Positions 25,871 to 36,117 of a DNA stretch of 64,000 nt are shown piece after piece. A program made the position numbers and the translations under genes. Numbering within the stretch: the stretch's first letter is position 1; every line of letters begins with the position of its first letter. Under the pieces are notes generated by a model. It was not told the DNA's origin and did not search any database. It was given only the letters and a program-made list of their open reading frames with translations. This DNA comes from an uncultured Acidobacteriota bacterium (lineage in GTDB: Bacteria; Acidobacteriota; Vicinamibacteria; Vicinamibacterales; UBA2999): positions 2,561,147-2,625,146 of the forward strand of contig CAVPVV010000003.1 in NCBI GenBank assembly GCA_963709325.1, in the 5' to 3' direction.

Positions 25871-26881
25871 TCACTCCTGCGGCTGGAGCGCGAGCTCGGC
25901 CTCGACGGGCATGCCCTGCTTGAGCACGCCGGATTTGTTACCGGCCGAGATGCGAACCCGGTACACCAGCTTCGATCGCTCGTCGGCGGTCTGGACGTTG
26001 CGCGGCGTGAACTCCGCCTTGGGTGAGATGTAAGTGATGGTTCCCGCAACAGGCGCGCCGCCCGCGTCGGTGAAGAGCTGCGCCTGTTGCCCGATTCGAA
26101 GCCGCGGCACCGCCGGTTCCGGCACGAACACATCGGCCCACGCGTCATCGAGGTTCGCGACGACGGCCACTGGCGTCCGCGGCGCGATCACCTCACCGGA
26201 CTCGACGAGCTTGTCGGTGACGATGCCGCTGACCGGCGAGCGGAAGACGGTGTCGGCGAGGTTCTTCTGAAGCGAGGCGATCTGCGCGTCGGCAGATTCC
26301 ACACGGGTGCGCGCGACGTCGATCTCCTCGCGTCGGGCGCCGGCCTTGAGGCGCGCGAGCGCTTCCTGGACGGCGCGGACCCGGCTCTCCGCGCCCGACA
26401 GGCGATCCTTCGCGACGTCCCGTCTCGTTGCCGCATCGTCTCGCTGCTTGCGCGAGCCGGAGTTGCTGGCGAGCAACGCCTCGAACCGGCCGAGATCCTG
26501 CTCGGCGGCGGCCAGCTCGGCTCGCGCCGCGGACACCTCGGACTGCGCGGCGGTGACCTGTGATTCGGCCTGGCGGATGTCCTCGGCACGGGCACCGGCC
26601 ATCACCAGGCGGAGGTTGGCTTCGGCCTGGGCGCGATCGGCGCGGGCGCGATCGATGGCAAGCTCGACGTCTCGCGCATCGAGCTTGAGGATCTCCGTGC
26701 CGGCCTCGATGTGGTCGCCTTCCTCGAGCGTGAAGTCGAGAATCCGTCCGCCCGCATCCGGCGCGAGCCGCGTCTCGGTGGCTTCGACATGGCCCGACAC
26801 CCGCAGCGTGTTCGACGGCGGCGGCTCGGTGCAGGCGGCGGCCAGCGCCGCAGCGGCAGTGACGGACAGGAATCGGGTCAT
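25871..26881 (-). CDS. HlyD-family membrane fusion (periplasmic adaptor) protein
   Basis: 336 aa with a coiled-coil middle (AQAEANLRLV...AELAAAEQDL) and barrel-sandwich ends. Confidence 0.85.
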   Translation of the reverse strand: MTRFLSVTAAAALAAACTEPPPSNTLRVSGHVEATETRLAPDAGGRILDFTLEEGDHIEAGTEILKLDARDVELAIDRARADRAQAEANLRLVMAGARAEDIRQAESQVTAAQSEVSAARAELAAAEQDLGRFEALLASNSGSRKQRDDAATRRDVAKDRLSGAESRVRAVQEALARLKAGARREEIDVARTRVESADAQIASLQKNLADTVFRSPVSGIVTDKLVESGEVIAPRTPVAVVANLDDAWADVFVPEPAVPRLRIGQQAQLFTDAGGAPVAGTITYISPKAEFTPRNVQTADERSKLVYRVRISAGNKSGVLKQGMPVEAELALQPQE

Positions 26882-27525
26882 GAGCGGATCGGCTCCGGGG
26901 CGAGCAGCCGCAGCGCGGCCTGTTGCAGGTGGGCGATGAGTTCCGGGTGCGGCACATCCACGAACATGGGGAAGTCGACGCGGCCGGGGCGCGCGGCGGC
27001 GCGCTCCCTGGCTGCATTGACGAGCAGCGGACCGACGATCGACATGTAGGCGAGGACCGGGTTGATGGGGCGGAACACGCCGGCCTGCTGACCTTCGGCG
27101 AGGATGCGGTGGAAGGCGACGAAGACTGTCTTCATCAGCGCGATCGTGTCGGGGTCGAGGCGAGGCGCGCCTTCGGCGATCTCACGGAGCATGAGCGGCG
27201 GAAACCACGGGCGCTGGTCGGCGAGCGTGACCATGCCAGCGACGAAGGCAGACAGCCGCTGGTCGGCGGGGTCGGGCCGGTTGGCGATCTCGCCGACCAG
27301 GGTGCCGACGGCGCGGAGCATGTCGCGGACGACCTCGCGGTAGAGGGCGAGCTTGTCCTCGAAGTGGTAGTAAATCATCGCCTTGTTGATGCGGGCGGCG
27401 TGGGCGATGTCGTCGACGCCGACGCCGTCGATGCCGCGGGCGGAGAAGAGCTCCGCGGCGGCGAGGAAGACGTCCTCCCGGGTGTCACGCGGGGCGGAGC
27501 GGCGGGCGGAGCGGCGAGTGGTCAT
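26878..27525 (-). CDS. TetR/AcrR family transcriptional regulator, first gene of the efflux operon
   Basis: HTH is GVDDIAHAARINKAMIYYHFEDKLALY. Its stop overlaps the HlyD start by 4 nt. Confidence 0.85.
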   Translation of the reverse strand: MTTRRSARRSAPRDTREDVFLAAAELFSARGIDGVGVDDIAHAARINKAMIYYHFEDKLALYREVVRDMLRAVGTLVGEIANRPDPADQRLSAFVAGMVTLADQRPWFPPLMLREIAEGAPRLDPDTIALMKTVFVAFHRILAEGQQAGVFRPINPVLAYMSIVGPLLVNAARERAAARPGRVDFPMFVDVPHPELIAHLQQAALRLLAPEPIRS

Positions 27526-27538
27526 GGCAAGCTGTCTA

Positions 27539-27567
27539 CTAACCGGTTAGTTAATCTAACAGGTTAG
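27539..27567. promoter_or_regulatory. Tandem operator-like sites CTAACCGGTTAG and CTAACAGGTTAG (17-nt direct repeat CTAACNGGTTAGTTAAT x2)
   Basis: A perfect and a near-perfect 12-nt palindrome lie 13 nt upstream of the tetR start. They sit in the divergent intergenic region shared with the 27608 gene. Confidence 0.55.
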
Positions 27568-27607
27568 TTAATGTCCGCCGGCAGCCGGCTGTCAAGCCCC
27601 GCTTAGA

Positions 27608-29371
27608 ATGCCCCGACCCATGCCCTCGCCCCGGCCACACCCGGCGCCAGCCCTGCTGCTGGACCTCCTGATCGCCGCGACCGGCGCCGTCCTCCTCCTC
27701 ACCTGGATCACCGGCGGCCTGCTGATGCCGATCGGAGCCGCGACGATCAGCGTCCGCCAGCCGCTGCGTCCCGCGGTGATCCTCCTCGGTCTGATCGCGG
27801 CGCGCTACGTGCTTGGCGCTCGGCACCGGATTGCCCGTCGCGAAACCTGGCCCGATCTGCCGCTTCTCGCGCTGAGCGCCGCCGCCGTCGGCTACTCGAT
27901 CGTCTACCTCACGACGAATTGCGGCGGCGCTGACAGTTACGGGTACGTAAGCGCGGCGCTGCTGATTCGTCACGGCACGCTGAGCGTCCCGCAGCCGGAT
28001 CTCTCGTGGCTGCCAGCGTCGAACGCGCTGTCAGTCCTGACCCCGCTCGGCTATGCCCCGCGCCCACTCGACGGGACCATCGTTCCCCACTACCCGCTCG
28101 GCTTCCCGGCCCTCATCGCCATCGCCTCGCTCGTTTTGCCGACGAGCATCGCGCCGTACCTCGTCACGCCGATCTGCGACGTGGCCGCGCTTCTGCTGAC
28201 TTACCTGATCACGAGCCGCGTCACCGCCCAGCGCGCTACGGCATGGCTCGCCGTGGCGCTGGTTGCCTGGGATCCGCTGGTGATGACCTACGCCAAGCAA
28301 CCGATGAGCGACCTTCCCGCGGCGGTGTTCTTCCTGCTGGCACTCTGGTGTCTGCTTCGCGAGCGCCCGGCGCCGTTCGCGGCTGGTCTCGCCGCGGGCG
28401 CGGCCTTCGTCATACGGCCAGGAGGCCTCGGCGCGATCGCCGCACTCGGACTGCTGGCAATCTTGCCGAATCCCCGAGCCGCCACAGCCGAACCGCCGCG
28501 GCGTTTCGGCGAACAGATGCGCGCCGGCGTCCTCTTTGCGCTTGGCGTCATGCCAGCGATCGCGTTCCAGGCGCTCCTGCAATGGCACTTGTTCGGCAGT
28601 CCGCTCCGGACCGGATATGGCCCGCTCGAGGAGTTGTACGCCGGCCAGTCGCTGGCCGACAACGCGCGCATCTACGGCCAGGCGTTGCTGCTGACGCACG
28701 TCCCGGTCTGGCTGCTCCTGGTGCTGTCCGCGTTCATCGAGAAACAGATCCGGCGATTTGCGCTGTGGAGCCTGGTCCTCATCGCGGCGAGCATCACTCC
28801 GTACCTGCTGTACTTTCGCTTCGATCACTGGGAGACACTCCGGTTCATCCTTCCAGCGGTCATCGTCCTCGACATCGCGGCGGCAGCCGGCGCCGCTGCG
28901 CTGCTGGAACGCGTCACGCCCGTCGTCCGGGTGGCTGGCACGATCGCGCTGGCGGCGTTCGTCGCGATTCACGCCGGCACCTTTCTGCAGCGCCAGGGCG
29001 TCCCACTCCTCATGGATCAGGAGCGGCGCTACACCCTGACCGCGGACTGGATCGACCAATACACGCCGGCGACGGCGCTGGTCATCGCGGGACAGCACAG
29101 CGGGTCGGTCCGGCATTACGCGGGCCGGACTACGCTCCGATGGGATCTGCTCGATCCGAAGGACCTGGAACCAGTCGTCCGTGGCGCGCGGGAGCGGGGC
29201 CGGGCGGTATTTGCGGTGCTGGAGGGGAACGAGCAGGCCGCGTTTCGAGATCGATTTGCGCCAGTCCTGGCGGGCGGGGCCGATGGCATGGGTGTCCGGC
29301 TTTTGCCCGGCGCACAGGTTCGCAACGTGCAGATCTGGGAGGTGATTCCGCCAGCCGGGGAAACGCGATGA
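27608..29371 (+). CDS. Polytopic membrane protein, putative GT-C-fold (ArnT/PMT-like) glycosyltransferase
   Basis: 587 aa with more than 10 predicted TM helices, an early loop GGADSYGYVSAA and a large C-terminal soluble part. The assignment is by architecture only. Confidence 0.45.
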   Translation: MPRPMPSPRPHPAPALLLDLLIAATGAVLLLTWITGGLLMPIGAATISVRQPLRPAVILLGLIAARYVLGARHRIARRETWPDLPLLALSAAAVGYSIVYLTTNCGGADSYGYVSAALLIRHGTLSVPQPDLSWLPASNALSVLTPLGYAPRPLDGTIVPHYPLGFPALIAIASLVLPTSIAPYLVTPICDVAALLLTYLITSRVTAQRATAWLAVALVAWDPLVMTYAKQPMSDLPAAVFFLLALWCLLRERPAPFAAGLAAGAAFVIRPGGLGAIAALGLLAILPNPRAATAEPPRRFGEQMRAGVLFALGVMPAIAFQALLQWHLFGSPLRTGYGPLEELYAGQSLADNARIYGQALLLTHVPVWLLLVLSAFIEKQIRRFALWSLVLIAASITPYLLYFRFDHWETLRFILPAVIVLDIAAAAGAAALLERVTPVVRVAGTIALAAFVAIHAGTFLQRQGVPLLMDQERRYTLTADWIDQYTPATALVIAGQHSGSVRHYAGRTTLRWDLLDPKDLEPVVRGARERGRAVFAVLEGNEQAAFRDRFAPVLAGGADGMGVRLLPGAQVRNVQIWEVIPPAGETR

Positions 29372-30288
29372 CCATCGTCCTCGCCGGCGGCTCTGGCTTC
29401 CTCGGCCGCGCTCTGCATCGTCACTTCAGCCGGGCCGGACACGCTATTCGCATACTGTCGCGGCGCGCTGCAGCGACGCCAGGCTACGTGCAGTGGGTGC
29501 CCGACGGCACCTCCGGTCCCTGGGCGGCAGCCCTCGTCGACGCCAACGTCATCATCAACCTCTCCGGCGAGAGCCTCGCCGGCAAGCGATGGACGGCCGC
29601 GCGCAAAGAGATGATTCGCAGCAGCCGGATTCTGCCCGCCCGCAGCATCGCTCGCGCGCTCGCCGAGGTTCCCGCTCGACCGCGCATCGTGATCACCAGC
29701 TCCGCGATTGGCTATTACGGCGCGCACGGTGATGAACCGATCACCGAAGACGCGCCGCCCGGCGCCGATTTCCTCGCGCGGCTCTGCGTGGACTGGGAAC
29801 GCGAAGCCGCCGCTGCGGCGTCGAGCAGCACCCGCGTCGCGCTCGTTCGCAGCGGCCTCGTCCTCCATCCGGACGGCGGGGCCCTCGAGCCGATGCTCCT
29901 GCCATTTCGACTCGGGATCGGAGGCCGCCTTGGAAGCGGCCGTCAGTACTGGTCGTGGATCCACCTCGACGACTGGGGCCGCCTGGTATCGTGGCTGGCC
30001 GGGTTGGCCCCGGCTGTCGCTGACGGGGTCTCCGCATGGAACGCCACGTCACCCGCGCCGGTGACCAACGCCGAGTTCTCATCGGTTCTTGCGCGAGTCC
30101 TTCACCGTCCCGCGCTCATACCGGTCCCGGAGTTCGCTCTGCGCATGGTGCTTGGCGAGTTCGCCGCGTTCCTGACGACCGGTGCGCGCGTGCTGCCGGC
30201 ACGCGCCGAGCGTTCCGGATTCCAGTTCAGTCACCCCACGCTCGAGCCGGCACTCCACGATCTGCTGAATCCCGCAACACGCGCGTAG
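29368..30288 (+). CDS. YfcH-like SDR epimerase family protein (TIGR01777, DUF1731 C-terminus)
   Basis: This is the 3' part of ORF 28006..30288. ATG 29368 overlaps the upstream stop (ATGA). The Rossmann motif is MTIVLAGGSGFLGRAL. Confidence 0.8.
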   Translation: MTIVLAGGSGFLGRALHRHFSRAGHAIRILSRRAAATPGYVQWVPDGTSGPWAAALVDANVIINLSGESLAGKRWTAARKEMIRSSRILPARSIARALAEVPARPRIVITSSAIGYYGAHGDEPITEDAPPGADFLARLCVDWEREAAAAASSSTRVALVRSGLVLHPDGGALEPMLLPFRLGIGGRLGSGRQYWSWIHLDDWGRLVSWLAGLAPAVADGVSAWNATSPAPVTNAEFSSVLARVLHRPALIPVPEFALRMVLGEFAAFLTTGARVLPARAERSGFQFSHPTLEPALHDLLNPATRA

Positions 30289-30325
30289 CACACGCAAGGG
30301 CCGCCTCGGTAGAATTCGAGGCCGG

Positions 30326-32549
30326 ATGCCGCTGGTTTTCTTCCTGTTCTTCTTCTCCGGCGCGGCCGGGCTTGCCTACCAGGTTCTCTGGATCCGCCAG
30401 CTGTCCTTCGTCTTCGGTGTCACTGCGTATGCGGCGGGAACGGTGCTCGCCGCGTTCATGGCCGGACTCGCGCTCGGCAGCTGGCTGGCTGGGCCAGTGC
30501 TGGCGCGAATCAAGCGGCCCCTTTCCGCATTCGGTGCGGTGGAACTGCTCATCGGCGCATCCGCACTGGCCACGCCAGCCGCGCTGGATCTCGCCTCGAT
30601 GCTGTATCGCGCGCTGTATGACGCCGCACCGGAATCGTTCCTCGTGCAGACGCTCGCGCGATTCGCCTGCGCGTTCATCGTGCTGCTCGTGCCGACCGGG
30701 CTCATGGGCATGACGCTGCCGCTGCTCAGCGCCTCACCTGCCGTGCGCACCGGTCGTTTCGCGTCGCACGTCAGCACGCTCTACGCCGTGAACACATCCG
30801 GCGCGGTCGCCGGTGCGCTCGCCACCGGCTTCGTGCTGATCGGATCGATTGGCGTCAGCCGGACGTTCCTCGTCGCGGCCGCGTGCAACGCCCTGGCCGG
30901 CCTCGGCGCGTTGCTTCTGGATCGCGTCGGCCAGCCCACGGCTGAACCGGCAGCGCCGCAATCCACTGGCGCGTCGTCTCCGCGCGGGCCCATCGCCGTC
31001 TGGTGGGTGATGGCCGCGTCCGGTTTCGCTTCGCTCGCGCTCGAGATCGTCTGGTTCCGCTTGATGATTCAGGCGCTCGACGGGACAACATACGCCGTCA
31101 CCGTGACGCTCGCGTCGGTATTGATCGGCATCGCAGTCGGCGGCGCGATCAGCGCACGGCTGCTGGCGCGCGACGCGGACTGGCTCGGCTGGTTGACCAT
31201 GCTCCAGGCGACCACGGCGTGTGCGGTCCTGCTCGGCGTCGGCATCCTCACCTGGGAAAACCCGCTCGGGCTTCCGCCATTGCGAGGGGCGCTCCGCGTC
31301 GTCGCACTCGTCCTCCTGCCGTCACTGCTGATGGGAATCTCGTTTCCGATGCTCCTCCGGCTTGGCGTGCCGGTCGCCGGCGACGCCGAAGCCCGAGGGC
31401 GCCTCGTGGGCCGCTTCTACAGCGTCAACGTCCTCGGCGCGATTGCCGGGTCGATTGCCGGCGGCTTCCTGATCGTTCCGGTACTCGGTACCTGGATGGC
31501 AGCCGTGCTTCTGGCGACGGTCTACCTCGCCGCCGCGCTGCTGCTCGCGCTCGGCCACCGGCAACGCGGGCGGGCCCTTGGTGGGGTGGCGGCGGGCGCG
31601 ATCGCGTTCGTGTGCCTGGCCTCGATACTGCCGGATCCGTTTGTCACCGCCACGAGGCGCCGCGCCCCGCCGGGCTCGGTCGAGATCTTTCGGGATGACG
31701 GCGTGCAGACGCCGGTGTCGGTGTACGAGAGCGCGTCCCAGCGCACCTTGAACGTCGGCGGGCTCCATCAGGCCAACGACTCACAATCGATGGTGCTCCT
31801 GCACCGCCGGATCGGAGCGCTGCCGATGGCGCTCCACCCGTCTCCGGAATCGGCGCTCGTCATCGGGCTTGGCGGCGGCGCGCCGGCCGCTTCCCGGGAT
31901 CGCGGTCCAGATCGTCGAACTCTCCGAGAGCGTGCGCCTGGCCGCACCGTACTTCGCGCACGTCACCTACGACGTGCTCCAGCAGCCGAACGTCCGCGTA
32001 CGCGTGGACGATGGGCGCAACTTCCTGGCGCTGTCCGGGGAGCGATTCGATGTGATCACCGCCGACATCATCCAGCCGGTTCACGCAGGCGCGGGCCACC
32101 TCTACTCCCGCGAGTACTTCGAGCTGGTGCGCGGCGCGCTCAAGCCCGGCGGCCTGGCGCTGCAATGGATCGGCCGACGCGAGAAGGTCCACTACGAGCT
32201 GATCATGCGGACCTTTCTAGACGTGTTCCCCAACGCCACGCTCTGGCTCGACGGCGAGTTGATGGTCGGCAGCGTCGAGCCGCTGCAAGTGCGCCGCGAG
32301 ACTGTCGAGCGTGCGCTGGCGGCGCCGGCGAGCGGCGAGCTGCTGCGAACGATCGGTCTCGACTCGTTCGACGCGCTCGATCAGTGGTACACGGCCGGAC
32401 CGCGCGAGATGCGTGCGTTCGTGGGGCAGGGCCCGCTCCTGACCGACGATCGCCCGCTCCTCGAGTATTACCGTTCGCTACCGTCAGACCATGCGCAGAT
32501 CGACCTCTCCACCCTGCGCGGGCGGTTCAGCGACGTTCTTACCGACTAA
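30326..32549 (+). CDS. Membrane-anchored spermidine-synthase-like (fused polytopic N-domain + SpeE-fold) protein; frameshift near 31870-31890
   Basis: The N-terminal TM domain (LAYQVLWIRQLSFVFG) is in the frame of ORF 30326. The SpeE-fold (VQIVELSESV...DVITADIIQP...LKPGGLALQW) is in ORF 31869..32549. The junction is at ..LVIGLGGGA|. Confidence 0.75.
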
Positions 32550-33232
32550 CGGCTGTAGCGATCGAGCATGCCCTTCCACTCGTCCACGGGCTTCGGGGTG
32601 CCACCGAGCCCGTCGAATACGATCTGCCCGGTGCGATAGCCCATGCCGTAGAAGCGGTCGTTGGCGTCGCGGTCCTGTCGGATCGTCGATCCGTTGAGTG
32701 TCACCCCGGCGAACAGCCCGCGCGTCCGCGAGTAGCTCAGGATCTGGGCGCGCATCTGGATGTCAGTCGATGCGCTGGCGTCACGGCCGACCGGACCGGC
32801 CGCCACCGACGCGTCCGCGCCGATCTTGAACTGGTTGCTGACGAGCTGTTCGAGCCCGCGCCGGTTCTGCACGATCAGCAGGAGGTCCACCGCCTGGCCG
32901 CCGATCTGCGCGCCGATGCTGCCCCCGGTGATGGTCAGGAACGCGGGTGACGACCAGGCGCCGGTCTTCGAATCCTTCGCGCTGATCACGCCCCGGCCAT
33001 GCTGCCCGCCGACGATGAAGCCCCCCTTGAGCAGGGAGGGGAAAATGGCAATCCCTTCCGCCTTCTGCATGATGCTCCGCGGCACCGACTGGTCACCGGC
33101 GTCCATGATTTCCTGGAGAACGCGAACCGACTCGGTCAGGCGTTGGGCTTCCTGACTGCTGCCTTGCGCAGCAAACGGAACGGTGATCAGGAAAAGGGCG
33201 AGTGCAGAAAGCGCGGCCGTTGCAATTCGCAT
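32546..33232 (-). CDS. SYLF (DUF500, Ysc84-like) lipid-binding domain protein, secreted
   Basis: 228 aa with a signal peptide. It contains AEGIAIFPSLLKGGFIVGGQHGRGV and FKIGADASVAAGPVGR. Confidence 0.8.
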   Translation of the reverse strand: MRIATAALSALALFLITVPFAAQGSSQEAQRLTESVRVLQEIMDAGDQSVPRSIMQKAEGIAIFPSLLKGGFIVGGQHGRGVISAKDSKTGAWSSPAFLTITGGSIGAQIGGQAVDLLLIVQNRRGLEQLVSNQFKIGADASVAAGPVGRDASASTDIQMRAQILSYSRTRGLFAGVTLNGSTIRQDRDANDRFYGMGYRTGQIVFDGLGGTPKPVDEWKGMLDRYSR

Positions 33233-33283
33233 GAGCTACGGTAGCAGGTCCGCGAAGCGGAGTGCCAGCCCGCGCAATAGTGG

Positions 33284-34546
33284 TTAGAGAACCGCAGGCG
33301 CACCGGGCCGGTAATCCGCGCCGAGGATCTCGACGGAGTTGGCGCCGAGCCAGTTGTCGACGACCGTGGCGTACACCGAGCGGAAGTCGGTCTCGTAACG
33401 GACGTCGCCGCCGCTGTTCTCGAGCGTCGGATTCTGCGGATCCAGCAGCAGGTTGGGGGCGGTGCCGTACACGCCGCCTCGCACCAGGCCGCCCATCAGC
33501 ATCATGACGCCGCCGGCGCCGTGATCGGTTCCCTGACTGCCGTTCTCCGAAATGCGCCGGCCGAACTCCGTGTAGACCATGACCAGCGTCGAGTTGAGCA
33601 GCCCCTGCGACAGCAGATCGTCGTAGAACGCCTTGAGGCCGTCGTTGAGGGTGGCCATCAGCGTGAAATACGCGCCCTGGTTGACACCCTGGCCGGCGTG
33701 GGTGTCGTAGCCGCCGGTCTGCACCCAGAACACCTTGGTGCCAATTCCCTTGTTCATCGCGCCGGCCACCGCCTGCAGGGCCTGGGCGAAGCCGTTGTTC
33801 GGATAGGTCACGGCCGGCCGATAGGTGGCGACCGTTGCCACGCGATCGAGCGTGCCGAGCGCGGCTTGGGTCGTCGAGTTGACGAACGCAAGATGCGGCC
33901 GATCTACGGGCAGGTGCGATGAGATGCGCGCCTGCGCAGTACGCTCGTAAATGGCCTCGGTTCCTCCGTTCGGGCTGGCGAACGCGTAGGCGGCGGGGCT
34001 GGTAATCGACGGAACGCCGACCAGCCTGCCCATCAGCGGCCGCGGCGTCTCGCGCTGCGTGTTCCACGCGATGAGCGGATCCACGGGCTGCTGGAGCGAG
34101 TCGAGATAACGCCCGAGCCAGCCGGTGCCCTGCGAATTCGCGGGGTTCGCGGTGCCCCAGATGTCGAAGCCGGTGAAATGCGAACGGCTGGAGTTCTCGT
34201 ACCCGGTCCGCTGCACGATCGCCAGGCGTCCGCCGTCGAAGATGCTCTTGAGGCCGATCAAACGGGGGTGGAGACCGACTTCAATGCCGCTGCGGTCGCG
34301 CCCGATCTGGAGCACGCTCCCGGCCGGCACGGCGATCGTCGGCCGGCGCGAGTAGTAGTTCTGATCTCGATACGGCACCACCGTGCTGAGCGCGTCGTTC
34401 CCGCCGGCAAGGTAGACGACCGCCAGGTTGCGGGACGGCACGCCCTGCGCGAGCGCGATGTCGCACAGCACCTTCGGGGCCGCGAAACCAAAGGTGAACG
34501 CGGTGACGCCGCCCCGGACGAAGGTTCGCCTCCCGACTGTGGTCAT
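33284..34546 (-). CDS. DUF1501 (sulfatase-like) protein with Tat signal
   Basis: This is the C-terminal 420 aa of the 905-aa ORF, with its own ATG at 34546 (MTTVGRRTFVRGG). It contains GGYDTHAGQ and TEFGRRISENGSQGTDHGAGG. Confidence 0.85.
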   Translation of the reverse strand: MTTVGRRTFVRGGVTAFTFGFAAPKVLCDIALAQGVPSRNLAVVYLAGGNDALSTVVPYRDQNYYSRRPTIAVPAGSVLQIGRDRSGIEVGLHPRLIGLKSIFDGGRLAIVQRTGYENSSRSHFTGFDIWGTANPANSQGTGWLGRYLDSLQQPVDPLIAWNTQRETPRPLMGRLVGVPSITSPAAYAFASPNGGTEAIYERTAQARISSHLPVDRPHLAFVNSTTQAALGTLDRVATVATYRPAVTYPNNGFAQALQAVAGAMNKGIGTKVFWVQTGGYDTHAGQGVNQGAYFTLMATLNDGLKAFYDDLLSQGLLNSTLVMVYTEFGRRISENGSQGTDHGAGGVMMLMGGLVRGGVYGTAPNLLLDPQNPTLENSGGDVRYETDFRSVYATVVDNWLGANSVEILGADYRPGAPAVL

Positions 34547-34548
34547 GA

Positions 34549-36001
34549 TCAGTTGAACTGATACTCGCCGGCGCCGACGATGAGATGTGCCGCGCCCGCG
34601 ATCTTGGCATTCAGTTGCGCCGCGCTGCCGTTCCAGGAAATTCCCGCCTGCAGGTACTCGATGAGCGCCGCCCGGCCGTCGCCGCTGAAGCCGGCGTTCG
34701 AGAACCGCGTCAGCAGGTAGTCGAGTGCGCGGTCCGGCGTCTGGCTGTACGGCGCGGCGTCGCGCGCGAGGTTGAACTTCTGGTTGGCCGCGAGCGTCGA
34801 CGCGTAGTTCATGCGCGCCAGCATCGACGCCGTGGAGATCCACTCCGCGCCGAGCGCCCAGCCGTTGACATCGGGCGGCTCGTAGAGCTGCTGCCCCATG
34901 TTGAGGAGCGGCGTAATCGCCGAATCCACCGACAGCCCGGGCCAGCCGGTCTCTTTGATTGCGCGAACCGCAAACTCGGCCGGCCATGAGTAGTGCCGGA
35001 ACGCGTTCGCGCCGTTCAGGAACTGCTCGGACAGGCAGCATTCGCTGCAGCATCGCCTTGATGCTGTAGTTCCCTACCAAGTAGGCCTGGGCCGCCTCGC
35101 GAATCAGCGCCTGATCGGGAGCGTCCACGTCGTTGACAAAGTACTGATAGAGACGGGTCGCCAGCCGCGTCGCAGTCGAAGGATGCCGCGCCAGCGCCTC
35201 GATCAGATCGAGGCCGTCTTGCATGCCCTGGCCCGCTGCCCGGGCCGGAATCACCCGCCCACCGCCCGGGTAGATCTCGAACGTGAATTCCTTGGCAGTC
35301 GGGTCGTGCTGCGCGGCGTTGTAGACGAAGCGGTAATAGCTGGTGACCTCGTTGGTACGGTCGCCGGCGAGTTCGAGGTTCCACCCGGTAAAGACCCGCG
35401 CCGCGGCGTAGACGTCAGCTTCGACGTAATTGCCGATGCCCATGGTGAAGAGCTCCATGAGCTCGCGACCGAAGTTCTCCTGCGGCCGGGTGCGGACGTT
35501 GGTGCGGCCATCGAGCCACACCAGCATCGCCGGGTCCTTCGCCACCTCGACGAGCAGATCGCGGAAGCTGCCGAGCGCCATGTCCCGGAACAGTTGGACC
35601 TGGCCGCGAAACGCACCGCCGAAGTTGGCGCCCTTCGCGTCCATCATCTTGGTCGCGTGAACGGACCCGAACGTCCCGTTGATCTTGCTGTAGGCGGTGG
35701 CGAAGTGGTTGTGCCAGAAAAGCGCCATCTTCTCCTGCAGCGGCCGGCGGGAATGGACCATCCGGAAAATCCACCGCTGGCGGGCGTCGTTGATGGCGGT
35801 GTCGGGCGCGAACATCCCGCGCGTGGTGACGCCAGCGTACTCCGGCCGGCCGATACTCGCGTCGACATCGTCGTCGACGCGGTCGTAGGTGAGCAGCGTC
35901 TGCGCCAGCGCCAGCGGCGAAAGATCGCCGTAATAGGCGAGATCGTCGGGGCTGGCGCCGAAGCCCATGCGCCGAAGGACGTGCTCCTGGATCGAAGCCA
36001 T
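34549..36001 (-). CDS. DUF1800 protein; frameshift near 35037
   Basis: The N-part is in the 905-aa ORF frame (LFWHNHFAT, PQENFGRELMELFTMGIGNY). The C-part is in ORF 34549..34929. After ..AMLQRML the correct frame reads LSEQFLNGANAFRHYSWP. Confidence 0.8.
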
Positions 36002-36117
36002 CGACGGGAGGTGCCAATCCTACGTCAGGCGCGAGGCGCGGCAAACGGCCACCCTCGCACCCGGTTTTGGATTTAGACCTGCGCCGCGCCCAGTGGTTAC
36101 GTGGCAGGCGGCAGCGG

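Noticed and set aside
28006-29367. 5' two-thirds of the 760-aa ORF 28006..30288
   Set aside because: This is an alternative frame of the polytopic membrane-protein gene (Arg/Pro-rich nonsense). Only the part from ATG 29368 (the YfcH-like protein) is real.
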